Position numbers and translations under genes: made by a program. DNA of 63,412 nt, counting the filler, from Bigelowiella natans CCMP2755 (taxonomy: Eukaryota > Protista > Cercozoa): the NCBI GenBank assembly GCA_000320545.1. It is 7 parts of 7 records of this genome, joined end to end, with 100 filler letters (N's around TTAATTAATTAA, not from the genome) between each part and the next. Parts side by side here need not be neighbours in the genome. Positions count along the whole stretch, not along the records: positions 50,408 to 53,665 come from ADNK01003542.1; positions 53,766 to 59,191 come from ADNK01002755.1; positions 59,292 to 63,412 come from ADNK01000674.1; 4 more parts are not named here. The stretch is one strand, 5' to 3'. The notes under the pieces are model-generated. The model made no database searches. It was not told where the DNA came from and saw only the letters and a list, made by a program, of their open reading frames with translations. This document shows, in pieces, positions 52,543-63,412 of this stretch; positions within the stretch are counted from its first letter, which is position 1, and each line of letters opens with the position of its first letter.

Positions 52543-52868
52543 TGTTGCGCGTAAGGTGTTCACAGGCCGAGGCGCTACGTGCACAAGTAGGCAGGGGGGG
52601 GGAAAGGCACGTTTGCTTCCTTTTGAAGAGTTGTGTTTATTTTTATTAAAGATTATATTTTTATTAAATCGTGCACTGCGTAATCATTCGCGAAGCTTTC
52701 GCGAATGCCGCCGCACGTGGGGCAGCACACTTCCGGTGTGCTGCCATGAGTCCCGCCGGAACCCACGTGCCTATGCTGTATTAATATCTACGTTATCTAT
52801 ATTCTATATCCGCGACAACCCCTTTGTTGTCGCACGTGACTTGTGCCCGCGTAGTGGTACGCGCTACA
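52543..52868 (-). repeat. Gypsy 3' LTR (326 bp)
   Basis: TGTAGCGCGTA...TACGCGCAACA termini (10/11 inverted repeat, TG..CA), immediately after the PPT; AATAAA signals near 52640-52665 on the minus strand; three CACGTG boxes. Confidence 0.88.
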
Positions 52869-52919
52869 CCTCCCCCAAGTCACGTTGCTCCTTCCTTCCT
52901 TCCTTATTCCCTTAGACCT

Positions 52920-53665
52920 TCATCGCTTTCGGAACTTCACCAACCACCAGGTAATAGATTCCTCTCTAACCTTATCTCCTTTGTCGCTTACCCAGAACTC
53001 ACCTTCGTCCTTAGGTTCGTGTCCATACCAGCCCTCTGCATCAAGGTCCCCCAGGACCTTATACCAGTGCTCAAAGGGTAAGTCGGGAACAGCTAGGTAG
53101 AGTAGCTGATATTTTCCGTCCTTTATTTTCATAGCTACCCTCTCCATATTTCGTAATCCAGGGTAGCCTAGATAGACAATCTTCATGCGCCAATCGTCGT
53201 TCACCCTGACCTTATTGTTTCCATATTCCACATCGAACTTAGGTCGGGGTCCTAAACAAGGCATTGCTCGCTCCCACACAGTAGGGTTTACTTTAACATC
53301 CTCTAGGAGCTTCTCACCGATATCATAATTCTTTAGGTGACTGATGTGGCGCAAGGTGACCCTGTTCCCATCATAGATGTAGTACTGCTTCCTCCCCTTC
53401 CTCTCGGTAACCTTTGCAACGCCACCCCAGAAGGGGTCTTGTTTATTTCTCGATCTCAGATTTACCTTGGCCCTAACATACTGTCCTTCCTTTAGAACTC
53501 GGCCATCGTACGGGACCTTCTCGTCTTCGCTCTCGGTATCGTCGTCGTTGTCGTCGCCTTCTTCCCTCTCCTTATCCTTGATACCTCCCCCAGACGTGAA
53601 GGTGTCGTTTACTAACCCTTGTATCTTGTCTGGTGTGGTGCTATTTATCCTGCTTAGGTTGGGCC
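52920..53665 (-). CDS. Gypsy Pol C-terminus: integrase GPY/F domain fused to a degenerate Dam-like N6-adenine methyltransferase-fold domain
   Basis: Continuous frame; after HISHLKNY comes VKVNPTVWERAMPCLGPRPKFDV...DDWRMKIVYLGYPGLRNMERVAMKIKDGKYQLLYLAVPDLPFEHWYKVL. Confidence 0.7.
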
Positions 53666-53765
53666 NNNNNNNNNNNNNNNNNNNNNNNNNNNNNNNNNNN
53701 NNNNNNNNNTTAATTAATTAANNNNNNNNNNNNNNNNNNNNNNNNNNNNNNNNNNNNNNNNNNNN

Positions 53766-56700
53766 ACAGAACAACAGAGGAAATGAACACGAGATGAAGG
53801 CACACCTGGAGCCATGGGTAGTTGCATTTCCTGGTTAGAGGTCAGCGTGATGTTTTGTGTGTTTTTGCTGCTCCTCCTGATCCCTGCTCACGATGCGCAA
53901 CTGAGTGAGTAGGTGTGAGGCATGGTGGAGATGTGACGGTGTTTGGTCAAATTTCGCCAATGACACCCAGAAACCACCCGGATGACAAGACCCCAGCGGC
54001 CAGTACATCCCCGTTCCTAGATGAAATTTGATTAGTTGATTGCAATAAATCCCCCCGCCCTTTGGGGGCCCCAACATTAAACCCAAAACGCTGGTGTTCC
54101 CCGTGCCCCCCCAACAGCCCACAAAAAAGCCCCCCTCCCAATCCCCCCCCCCCCCCCCCCCCCCCCCCAATTTTTTTTTCCTATCCCCCCCCTGCCATGG
54201 CGATGCGTATAAGCCTTGCGTTCCTTCGACTTACCGTGGAAACGGAGACGAGGAGGAAGGTAAAGACGCCATAGAAATAGGATGGGCGGGCGGATGGGCA
54301 GGGGACGATGACGATGTGTGCTGATTGATCGCTTTGTGCAGCGACAACGAGTACCACATGCCTTTTGTGTTATCATTCCGCACAACAACGAACCGGCGCA
54401 ACAACAACAACAACAACACCAACATCAAACTGAGATCAGGGCCGATGAGGACGCTGGCGGTTTCTGCTCAGCGCCGTTGCATGTGGAGGAAGGGGGGGGG
54501 GGCGGGCTATTGGCTGGGAATTGGTGCTGGGATGTCGTCTCAGGCAGTTGTGATGGCAGGCCGCCAACGGCGTAAAGTAACGAGAAAGTTTAAGGAAATT
54601 GGAATCTGCCGTGGTGTTTCTTGTTTTGTTTTGATCATATGCGCGGGGGCTTGCTATTACCTTCGTCCATGTAGGGGAGAAGAGTGGGAGAAGACCCGCT
54701 GACGTAGCACGTTTTTTTGCCGATATCCCTTCGACGGCCTATGCACCTGCCAGTATAGGGGGGGGGGGGAGATAATGGCTATGATAATGGCTTTGATAAC
54801 GATGATGCTGCTGCTGCTGCAAATACACGATATGAAGCATATCATGAGATCATGAAAATGCTGACCATCCGTCTTCGCAGCACCAGAGCGCGTATTTCGC
54901 CGAGGAGGTTATTGGCGAGAAGGCTGTTCTCTTATCATCGTCATCGAAGCCATAGGGCAAGGGGGTATTCACGTCCCCGGCAGATGCCTCTGTACGGCGG
55001 CCAGCGACTTGCTTGAATCGATGACTCTCAGGAGGGGATTTGCTAGTTACGTCGGTGCTGTAAGCGCGAGGGTAGGCCTTCCTACGCATCTCCATCGCCC
55101 CCCCCTCAACCTGCGGGCGGTGGTCCGCCAACCGACCGATACAAGGGCAGAGAGAGAGAGAGAGAGAGAGAGGAGGGAGGGGGGGGGGGGGGGGGGGATT
55201 TGTAAGAATGGGTGTAAAAGCAGCAGCAGCAAGAGGAGGAGGAATCCTTACTAGTATTTACTAATGATACTACAACAACTACTACTACTACTACTACTAT
55301 TACCTGATAGTATACCGGCCGGTTGTACCCCACCCTTATCCTATGGGAGAACGGCTTGCGGAGGTGCTCTCGTGAGACACGGTAAGTTCCGTTCAGGCAG
55401 GCATTTGTGCCTGTAATGGGGGAAGGATGATGGTGGTGATGATGATGATGGTGGTGGTGGTGGTGGAGATGATGATGATTATAGGGTAGTGAGCGGGCGG
55501 TGCTCGCAGAGAGGGGGCGCCACACAAGAGACGGAGTGCATAGTGTACGTGCGAAAGGATGCGCTTGCTCCGAGCTGCTACTACTACAACAACAACAACG
55601 ACGACGACGACTACTACTACTGCTACTACTCCTAATACACACCACTGCAGCCGGTAACGATGACATCGATATCAGGAGTGATAAGTACGCGACCTGTTAG
55701 CATAGAACGACACATCCGTGAGGTGCATGCTGATGTGAGTAATAGCAACCTTCTCGCGCGGAGTATGGCAGGTGTCAAAAAGGCTTCTCTCACCGTCTTC
55801 CAAATGGCGGCCGCCTTGAGTTGAGACAAACCACGGCCTGCCCCGTCCCCCCGCCTCCCCAGAAAGCCAGGGCGCGGCAGCGTGTGCGGGGAGAACCTGG
55901 TGGCGGTGGGAGTTTGCATTGCAAAGTGATAATGTCAAAAGTTGCGGGTGCGACGGCGACTTTGCTAGTAACACGCCTCCCCGCCCTTCCCCCCCGGGTA
56001 CACGCTCACAAAGGTGAAAAGTTGCGTTTCCGAAGCAAGGATGCACGCACACATGGATGGATGGATATCTATGAATTGTTGGTATTCATTACCGCAACAC
56101 ACATGTTGGTCCCGCAAGCCGGTGCCGGGCCAATACACCAGCCGTCGCCATGCTGCCAGAGCATAGCCCCTCCTCCTCCGCCTCCCCCCCCTCCCTTAAA
56201 GCTCTGCTGAGGCTGCTGCGGTTGCTGCCTGCTGGTGCTGCTACTAGAGCTTGCACGCCCCCCACTCCCCGCGCTGCTCACGGAGGAGGAGGAGAAGGTG
56301 CTGCCTCTTCCTCTCGCAGAGAAAGAGCTACTAATCTGCCGATACACCGCCGTCATCCTCACTGTCACCTCGTCGCTGTGGTTCTCCCTCCCGCTGCGCT
56401 CTACCGGCAGCATCTGACGGAGAGCCTCCGGCTGCGGCTGCGTTGTCCCCTGGCGCCCCCCCCCCTGGCCCCCCTGGGCCTGGGCGTGGGAGGAGGAGGA
56501 ATGGGGATCGGCCTGGCCGCCGGTGCAGCTAGCCATCGCGCCGTCGATAATGGCGCCGCCGTCGCTGCCCCGAGCTCCCCCTCCATGCGAATAGCTGAAG
56601 CTCGCATCTGGCGCGAGTCCCACGCACTCGTAATCCCCGTTCAGACGGGCGTTTGTGCCGACAAAGCCTGACACAATAAGTCGGTGGCTGCTGACCACTG

Positions 56701-58213
56701 GGTTGTTCCTTCTTTGCGCTAATCTCTTGCGAGGCAGCTGTCCTCGGCGCGGCCCTTGTGCCTGGAAGGTTGCTGCCCCCCCCCTCCCGGGAGCCGTCGT
56801 GGTGTAGCAGCCGCCTCCTCCTGCGCTGGTGTTCCCTCCGGGTGTAGGGGAGACGAGGGTAGCTGCGGCGGCCTGCCCCCCTCCCACCTCACCTACTTCA
56901 TCCTCGCCCTCTTCCTCTTCATCTTCATCGCTGTCTCCGTACGCACTGCTCGGGGTCGTTGCATTCGCTGTCGGCGTCGTTGCCGAAGATCCCCCGTCAG
57001 CTGCTGCATCGGCGTCAGCAGCAGCAGGCTCGCTGTGGTGGGAGAAGGAAGACGAAGAGAGGTGGTCCATGTCCACAGGTATGTAGCTGTGGGGGTTGGG
57101 GGGGGAAAGAGGGGGGGTACGCGTAGACCAATCAGTCAATTCGAACGAAAGCAGGAAATTTCCCCGACAAGATAGCATAGCCGCTTGGTTCCATTTTATA
57201 ATCCAGCAAAGGGAGGGGGGAGCAGCTTACTCAGCGAGAGCCTCTTTAGATGCCGCTAGCGTGGGGCCACATATCAAGGACTGAAAGAGCACTTTCAGCT
57301 TTGAATTCGACCTTGCAGCAGCAGCAGCAGCAGCAGCAGCATATATATCATCAAAACATGAGAATAACAGCGACGAGGAAACACAGGAAAAGTAGACGTA
57401 GGGATTTAAGGGGGGGGGGGGGGGGGAAACGAGAACTTTAAAAGAGGTGGAATGGGTCACAAAAGTTGTTACAACACTCGTGTTTTCCAGTTTCCCTCTC
57501 TCTCTCTACTCCCCCCCCACTTCTCAGTATAGCTGTGAGAATAGGCCAGTCTTTCACTTGCCCTATCACTACTACCCCCATCTACTACACTCTTTCTAAC
57601 CGTTTATTAGCCAACGGAGCGGGGCCATACGCCCCCCCACCCCTCCGAAACCTTTCCTGATGTTAGAGAACACAGCACCAGCTATCATCGTATTCGCCAT
57701 GGCGAGAATACTCTCCCCAAATCGTCTATACACAATACCACGCGCACCCGAAGATGCATACCTGTATGCGCTTGGCCGCTGTATCAAGATCCGGCTCGTG
57801 TTGAAGAACCCTGTACGATGGTAAGAAACCAAGAGGGGGGAGAAGTGGAAGGGGGGGGGGGGCAGAGAGAGGAGAGGAAATATCAACTTTCAGCGGTTGT
57901 TTGGACTGAGCTAGCGCACGAGCATTGATTGTGCGTATGTCGTGTTTGTGTTGCGGTGAAATCGTAATCAATGCCTGGCTGTGTCCCATATCCGCTTGGG
58001 GTGGTTTTGGATCAGCAGCATCTGGAAAAAGGGGGACACAGATGAGTAAATGAAAAATGCATGCATAAACGAACGAATGGATTGTTTTTCAAAAAATAAA
58101 CAGAAGGAAACACAGCGCGACAACACGGGACCCCCCGGTGGTCAAGGGAAGCTCATCGCATCACTTTCATCAAGCACCGGCAACTCGCATTGCTATCTCT
58201 AAGTCTTTCACTC

Positions 58214-58256
<43 letters not shown>

Positions 58257-59191
58257 CAGCAACAGTGGATTCATTCGCTCGCGCTGATATGCGTGAGAAC
58301 GCAATTACCAGCTTATGGTTACGAAGATGATTAAGCGTCCAATAGGCGCCCCCTTTCTGTCTGTCCTTGCCATCAGCACCCACACTACCATCGAGCTTCT
58401 CACCGGTCACGCTGTTCCGCCCCAGCAACGACAACAGCAAACGCAGCGTGCACTCCCGGCTGAGGGGGGGGACATTTATAACCTGCTCCACAGCGCATTC
58501 GATGTCGCGGAGAGCTTTCCGCCCAGTTACTAGCATCTTCACCTGCATAGAGGAGAGGGCGATGAGATTGCGTACACTGGGGAAAAGCCTCCCCCCCCCC
58601 CCCTCCATAAAAAATGCCACCCCTACCACATTGGGGAGACACTGTGGTGACCACCGGCGTCGTTATTTCGTGCGAATCATATCCATGCAGCATGGTGTGA
58701 GGGGAGGGTTTGTGAAGCAATAATGACCCTTCCGCAAGCATTGAGCAGATCGCTGACGAAGTCTTTCAAGGCGTCGTCCCACGAAGGGGGGGGGACGTAC
58801 TCTTCGCCCCGCAGCCTCGACAGCATCGGCGAAAGCGCGTCTAGAATGCCTCCAACCGTTCTGCTGGCGGATGCCGCAACACCGCCGCCCCTATCCCCTC
58901 CGGAACCAATTCTCCCCCTCCCCCCCCCCCTCTGAAGACCAGCTGAGTTCTTCACCTCATTGTCCACACCGTCCAGGAAGATTAAGAGCTGTCGGGACTT
59001 GATGCTCTCCATTAAACTTTCTGGCATCATCTTTGCAAGGCGAGGATGAGAGGATGAAGAAGAAGAAGAGAGGAGGAGGGGGGGGGGGGGGGGGAGGATG
59101 GATAAAGGGGGGGAAAGGGGCGAAGCCATTAAGTCCTCCGAAGGCACATTGCCAGGAGTGCTTCCACATGCGCTTAAGTGGATGCTCTGCC
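53766..59191 (-). CDS. STAND-class (NB-ARC/NACHT-like) NTPase fragment with repeated C-terminal modules
   Basis: QLLIFLDGVD (Walker B), VKMLVTGRKAL...EQVINVPPLS (sensor region); downstream repeated GTNAxLNGxY...VY.Q...LW....GW module (two or more copies). Confidence 0.6.
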
Positions 59192-59291
59192 NNNNNNNNN
59201 NNNNNNNNNNNNNNNNNNNNNNNNNNNNNNNNNNNTTAATTAATTAANNNNNNNNNNNNNNNNNNNNNNNNNNNNNNNNNNNNNNNNNNNN

Positions 59292-60288
59292 GAGCTGCTA
59301 GTACTACTATAACATATTTCGACGGTCCACGAGAAGCAAAGCTGCCACCAGTGTACCATAACTGCGCAAAGGAGGAGGACGTTGCCCTCAGAAACCTCCC
59401 GTCGGGCTCGCGCATCATCATCATCATCATCATCATTATCAAAACTGAATAAGATCGCGATAGACGATGTCCGACTATCTCACCCCTCCTCCTTTCGATC
59501 TTGTGGAGTATGATGCCACAAATATAGAATATCCGTGGGAACACTCCATTCAAGGGAAAGATTTCCCAACAATAAATATATATATATATATATATAAATC
59601 TATATATTTATATTTACGATGATATGGACCGAACGTCCTTGCGCACTGCAGTTTTCTGTCGACTGCAGGGATTTAAAACCTCCCTGAGCAGAATGCCCTC
59701 CCCCCCCCCCCCTCTTCAGCATTTTATCACGTTATCCTAGCAGCAGCAGCAGCAGTAGCAGTGCAAATACACGTGGCTTTGTCGAAGCGACACGGTTCCT
59801 AGCCGTTATGCAGGGCAGGGGAAAAATCCCCCATCTTTCTGCTCTCGTTGAACGCGACCTGGCTCGGGCATGAGGTCCCCCACGGCCCTCAGCGCGACTT
59901 TGAATTCCAAGGTAGCATCAGGGGGAACCGCCACTTTGCCGTTTGGGCTCAGTTCTGCGCTTCGGCCGCGCTCCTGGTACCCGAAACGGCCTAGCATGCG
60001 AACCTGAGACAACAAAAACATGGTGAGTTGAGTTGGTAAGAACGTCTATGGCGAAGCGTTGGGCTGTTTCAGGTTGCGGGGATGGCTACCAAGGACACTT
60101 CCCCCTCTCCCATCATCCTCAGCGCGAGCTCTACTCCTGGGGATATCGCAGAATAGAGACGACGTGAGGCAGTTGTTAGGAGTTGAGTCCTCGCAGAGGG
60201 GGGGGGGGGGGGGGAGGGGGGAATGGTAAAGGACGACTAGATGGCTATATATTCCGCGTAAGTATGGCCAAGACGTGTGCTTGTGAGT

Positions 60289-60330
<42 letters not shown>

Positions 60331-60790
60331 GCTTGCAAGTACCTGGGAGAAGTGTTTCATCTCCAATGTAACAACTGAGATTTTCTTCCTGCAAGAACAC
60401 GTTCTCTTTCGTGCCTTTGAGCCAACCTTTCAGATCCAATGTGACCTGTGCGTGGGTGGAGATCTGCTTTACTACTCATGTCGTATCTGTTCCCCCCTCC
60501 CTTTCCTCCCTCCCTCCTTTGCCCGCACTCTCCTTATCCCGCGGATTCATCCGGTGGTAGTATGGCTTGCCTTTTGCGTGGGTATTGGCCGCTTTGACGG
60601 CGACACGTCTTTGGGATTGATGATGGTTTTCAATATGAGCGCACCGCTTCCAAGGGGGTCGTTCCACCTACACGTACAAGTACAAATAGCAACAAGCGGT
60701 GGGGATCCGAGCGGTGACTGCGAGTGCATGACGCGCGCGCTCTTTCGATCACACTCATATCCACTCGTGCTAGATTGGTGATGTCGTCGT

Positions 60791-60825
<35 letters not shown>

Positions 60826-61161
60826 TTCAGATTGCGCGTTTTCCCGTTGTCGAACGATGGGGTTAGCTTCTCGCGTGAACGACCACGATTCTCGCTAGAT
60901 CGATTACCCTTCTTCCCCGTCAGTAATATCCACCTTCAGCTCGGCTGGAACTTCCACGGGAGCGTCGGGGTCGTTGTCGCTCTTGCCGTCACGCTTTGCG
61001 AGTGGCAGGGACTTGACGGGTTCGTGTTCGTGTTCGTGGTGGCAGTCGGGCCCGTGCTCGTGTTCGTGTTCGTGTTTGTGGTGGGAGCCATGCCCGTGTC
61101 CGTGGTGGTTCTTGCGGTCATGCCTCTCGAGTGTCTGCAGCTTCTCGGGGGGGAGTGGCAT
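59292..61161 (-). CDS. FKBP-type peptidyl-prolyl isomerase (probably FKBP-TPR) with His-rich N-terminus; 3' truncated
   Basis: MPLPPEK...HHGHGHGSHHKHEHEHEHGPDCHHEHEHE; DPLGSGALILKTII; LSCYIGDETLLP|GVELALRMMGEGE; RFGYQERG...VPPDATLEFKVAL. Confidence 0.85.
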
Positions 61162-61179
61162 CTGGACGGCGTCGGGACT

Positions 61180-61224
<45 letters not shown>

Positions 61225-61605
61225 AAAGACATCAACCAAGAAAAATATCAAGAAGGAAAAACGAAGCAGGTTCACATAGATTTACAGACTGCGACATGAG
61301 ATGAATATTGTCGTAGAGTGGCATTTCGCCCTTGGTGAGAACTCCTGTAATAGCTTTGTTACGGTTGTAGATCTAGATCTACCGGGAAAGGAAGGGCCCC
61401 CTAATTCTCACAACTAAGCTGCAAATAATCTAATAATGCGGTAAATGGCATGCATTTCTATATTTTTCCTTATTTCAATGCCCACAATATGTCTTAATAT
61501 GGAAAAGAGCTCCCCAGATTTACTTCCGCAAAAAAAGAAAAAAGGTCACGAATATCTCTTCCCCTCCCCTTCGCTTTCGCTGAGCTCCTTCCCTCAGATC
61601 GCACC

Positions 61606-63412
61606 ATGTCCTTTGCCAAGATTGCCAAGTCATTCGCCAGAAACTACATCAAGCCTCTGAGGAGCAAGTTGTTTCAAACGAGAACCGTGGCTCAGAAGCC
61701 GAAGGTCGTTCTCCTTCGTTTCTTGGTTTCAATTGCTCCGCTGACCTGGTTGTGCGCCCCTTCTAAAAGCAGATGGTCCACAACGATCTGGCTACCGGTG
61801 TAGCTGCAACGGTTACATCGCTCGCAGCTGTAGCGGGGGGCATGTATTACTTTACCCAGCCAAACTACAGCGCGATTCGGGCTGAGGTTTGAAACCCAAT
61901 ATGCTTTCCTGCCCGTCACTTGAATGATCATTGCATGTGAAACGCAGATCGAGGAGCTCCTTGACGACTTGGACTACGACGATGGAAGCTATGGCCCTGT
62001 CTTCGTCCGCCTTGCATGGCACAATGGTACACTTGCTGATGCTTTCCACCGTTCAGCAGCACACCACACCGCCGCGTATTGAGGCATCATCGTGTTTCTT
62101 GATCATCAGCCGGGACCTATAACATGTTCGACAAGACAGGTATCTTGAATCACAGTTGGGGTCATTTTCGGCTGCCTTACTATTTCTTCCTCCTTCCCAC
62201 CTTCCCTCCCTTTGTTGGCCCCCCCCCTTACCCTTTCTCCTGTTCCCTCCATGTATCAGGGGGAAGCGAGGGCGCAGGCATGCGATTCGCAACGGAGGCC
62301 AAGGACCCAGCCAATGCAGGACTTGATATCGCACGGGCTCGTCTTGAACCAATAAAGCAGAAGTACCCTGAAATCTCGTACTCCGACCTCTGGTCCTTAG
62401 CAGGTGGGAGCGTGCCAAAAGAGCTCAATCAATCGGCGAAAGCCGAAGCAAGCTGAACTATTACTCACGCGATGTCCTTCCCTCTTTGTCGCATTGCAGG
62501 GACCGTCGCGATCGAGTCCCTTGGGGGACCAAAGATGAAGTGGGTTGGCGGCAGAAAAGGTGTGGAGCGAACAACTTCCACCGATCATTGCTGAAAGGCG
62601 CACCTAATGTTGATCTTTCTCTCTCATACTAGACAACGTTTCCGAAGAGCTCGGCCCTCCAGCGGGCAGACTGCCTGATGCTGCACGCGGTCTGCTAGTT
62701 TGTGCATTATCCCGTGCTTTTCTGGACTAAGAATATGGAATTCCCCCCCCCCCCCCCCCTCCCTCATGGCCATGTTAATGTCCAACAGGTGCCATACCGA
62801 CCGCAGTGGCTTCAAGGGTAGGCACTAATAGGATATCAATAACAGCATAAGAAGAATAGAATCGTATTGAATACGACGACTCGAGATCATGGAGATGGGA
62901 TGGGGAGGGGTGTTCCTGATTTAAGGCAAATCGCGCAATCTCTCACTGCGTAGCTGCTGACGTCCGTTCGGTTCTCTATTCCCCCTCCCCCCCCCTCCCC
63001 CCCTTCGCTTCCTGTAGGTCCTTGGGTGTTCTCCCCGACCACATTCTCCAACGAGTACTACCGAGAGCTCTTTGAGAACCGATGGAAGCCGAAGAAGTGG
63101 AATGGGCCGCACCAGTTTGAAGACAAATCGTGAGTGGAAGTTCCGTTCGCTAACGTTGATTTTGGCATCAACCCTGTTCTTATGAAAGGATGGTTTTTCC
63201 TTCTCCCTCTCTCTCCCTCTGCCTCTCCCTCTCCCCCCCCAAAAACAGTGTACCCCCCCCCCCCCCCCCAAGACGTTGTTTTTTTCTAAAAAAAAAAGTC
63301 CGCTTTAATGAGCAATTAATATTTTGTCTAGGAACACGGTAATAATAAGCGTTTATAGGGTGAGAACTTTCTTTGTGACTCTTGTGTTTCTTCCTCGGCG
63401 GCTCGTATTCTG
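61606..63412 (+). CDS. CCP1: Class I heme peroxidase, cytochrome c peroxidase-like with mitochondrial-type presequence (3' end beyond window; one exon apparently missing)
   Basis: Arg/Lys-rich presequence; [70 protein letters not shown]. Confidence 0.9.

Larger units (their letters stand above)
52543..53665 (-). mobile_element. Ty3/gypsy LTR retrotransposon, 3' end (integrase C-terminus, PPT, 3' LTR)
   Basis: Open frame from the gap: STTPDKI...LKEGQYVRAKVN...KQDPFWGGVAKV...YYIYDG...RHISHLKNY (GPY/F SH3-like module); PPT GGGGGAGG at 52869-52876 followed by TG. Confidence 0.85.

Noticed and set aside
1-63412. tRNA, rRNA, prokaryotic operon or alternative genetic code
   Set aside because: None seen; the only tRNA-like match is the 11-nt PBS; reconstructed genes use GT-AG introns and standard stops

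Overview
Intron-dense eukaryotic (protist/algal) nuclear DNA with microsatellite-filled introns. The style suggests a chlorarachniophyte/rhizarian-like genome, but that is inference only. The window is seven contigs joined by artificial 100-bp N44-TTAATTAATTAA-N44 linkers, so adjacency across gaps cannot be trusted. Genes reconstructed by eye from spliced exons: a CSN4-like PCI protein, an RS/OCRE-like PP2C phosphatase, an EF-hand protein, an ABCG transporter, a granulin-like secreted protein, an SLC52-like transporter, a RhoGAP, Sec14-GOLD, an intronless 14-3-3, a TK-like pseudokinase, ankyrin and cullin fragments, a STAND-type NTPase, a His-rich FKBP and cytochrome c peroxidase. One 3.3-kb contig holds two LTR retrotransposons. 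The first is a Ty1/copia with a half-tRNA(iMet) primer site and a long heat-shock-element array in its LTR. The second is a Ty3/gypsy 3' end whose integrase carries an apparently catalytically dead Dam-like N6-adenine methyltransferase domain where chromoviruses carry a chromodomain (top finding). Within contigs, genes appear to alternate strand strictly, and tail-to-tail spacers have a distinct TpG/CpA- and palindrome-rich composition that is shared with the DNA into which the retrotransposons inserted. Gene boundaries are approximate manual models.
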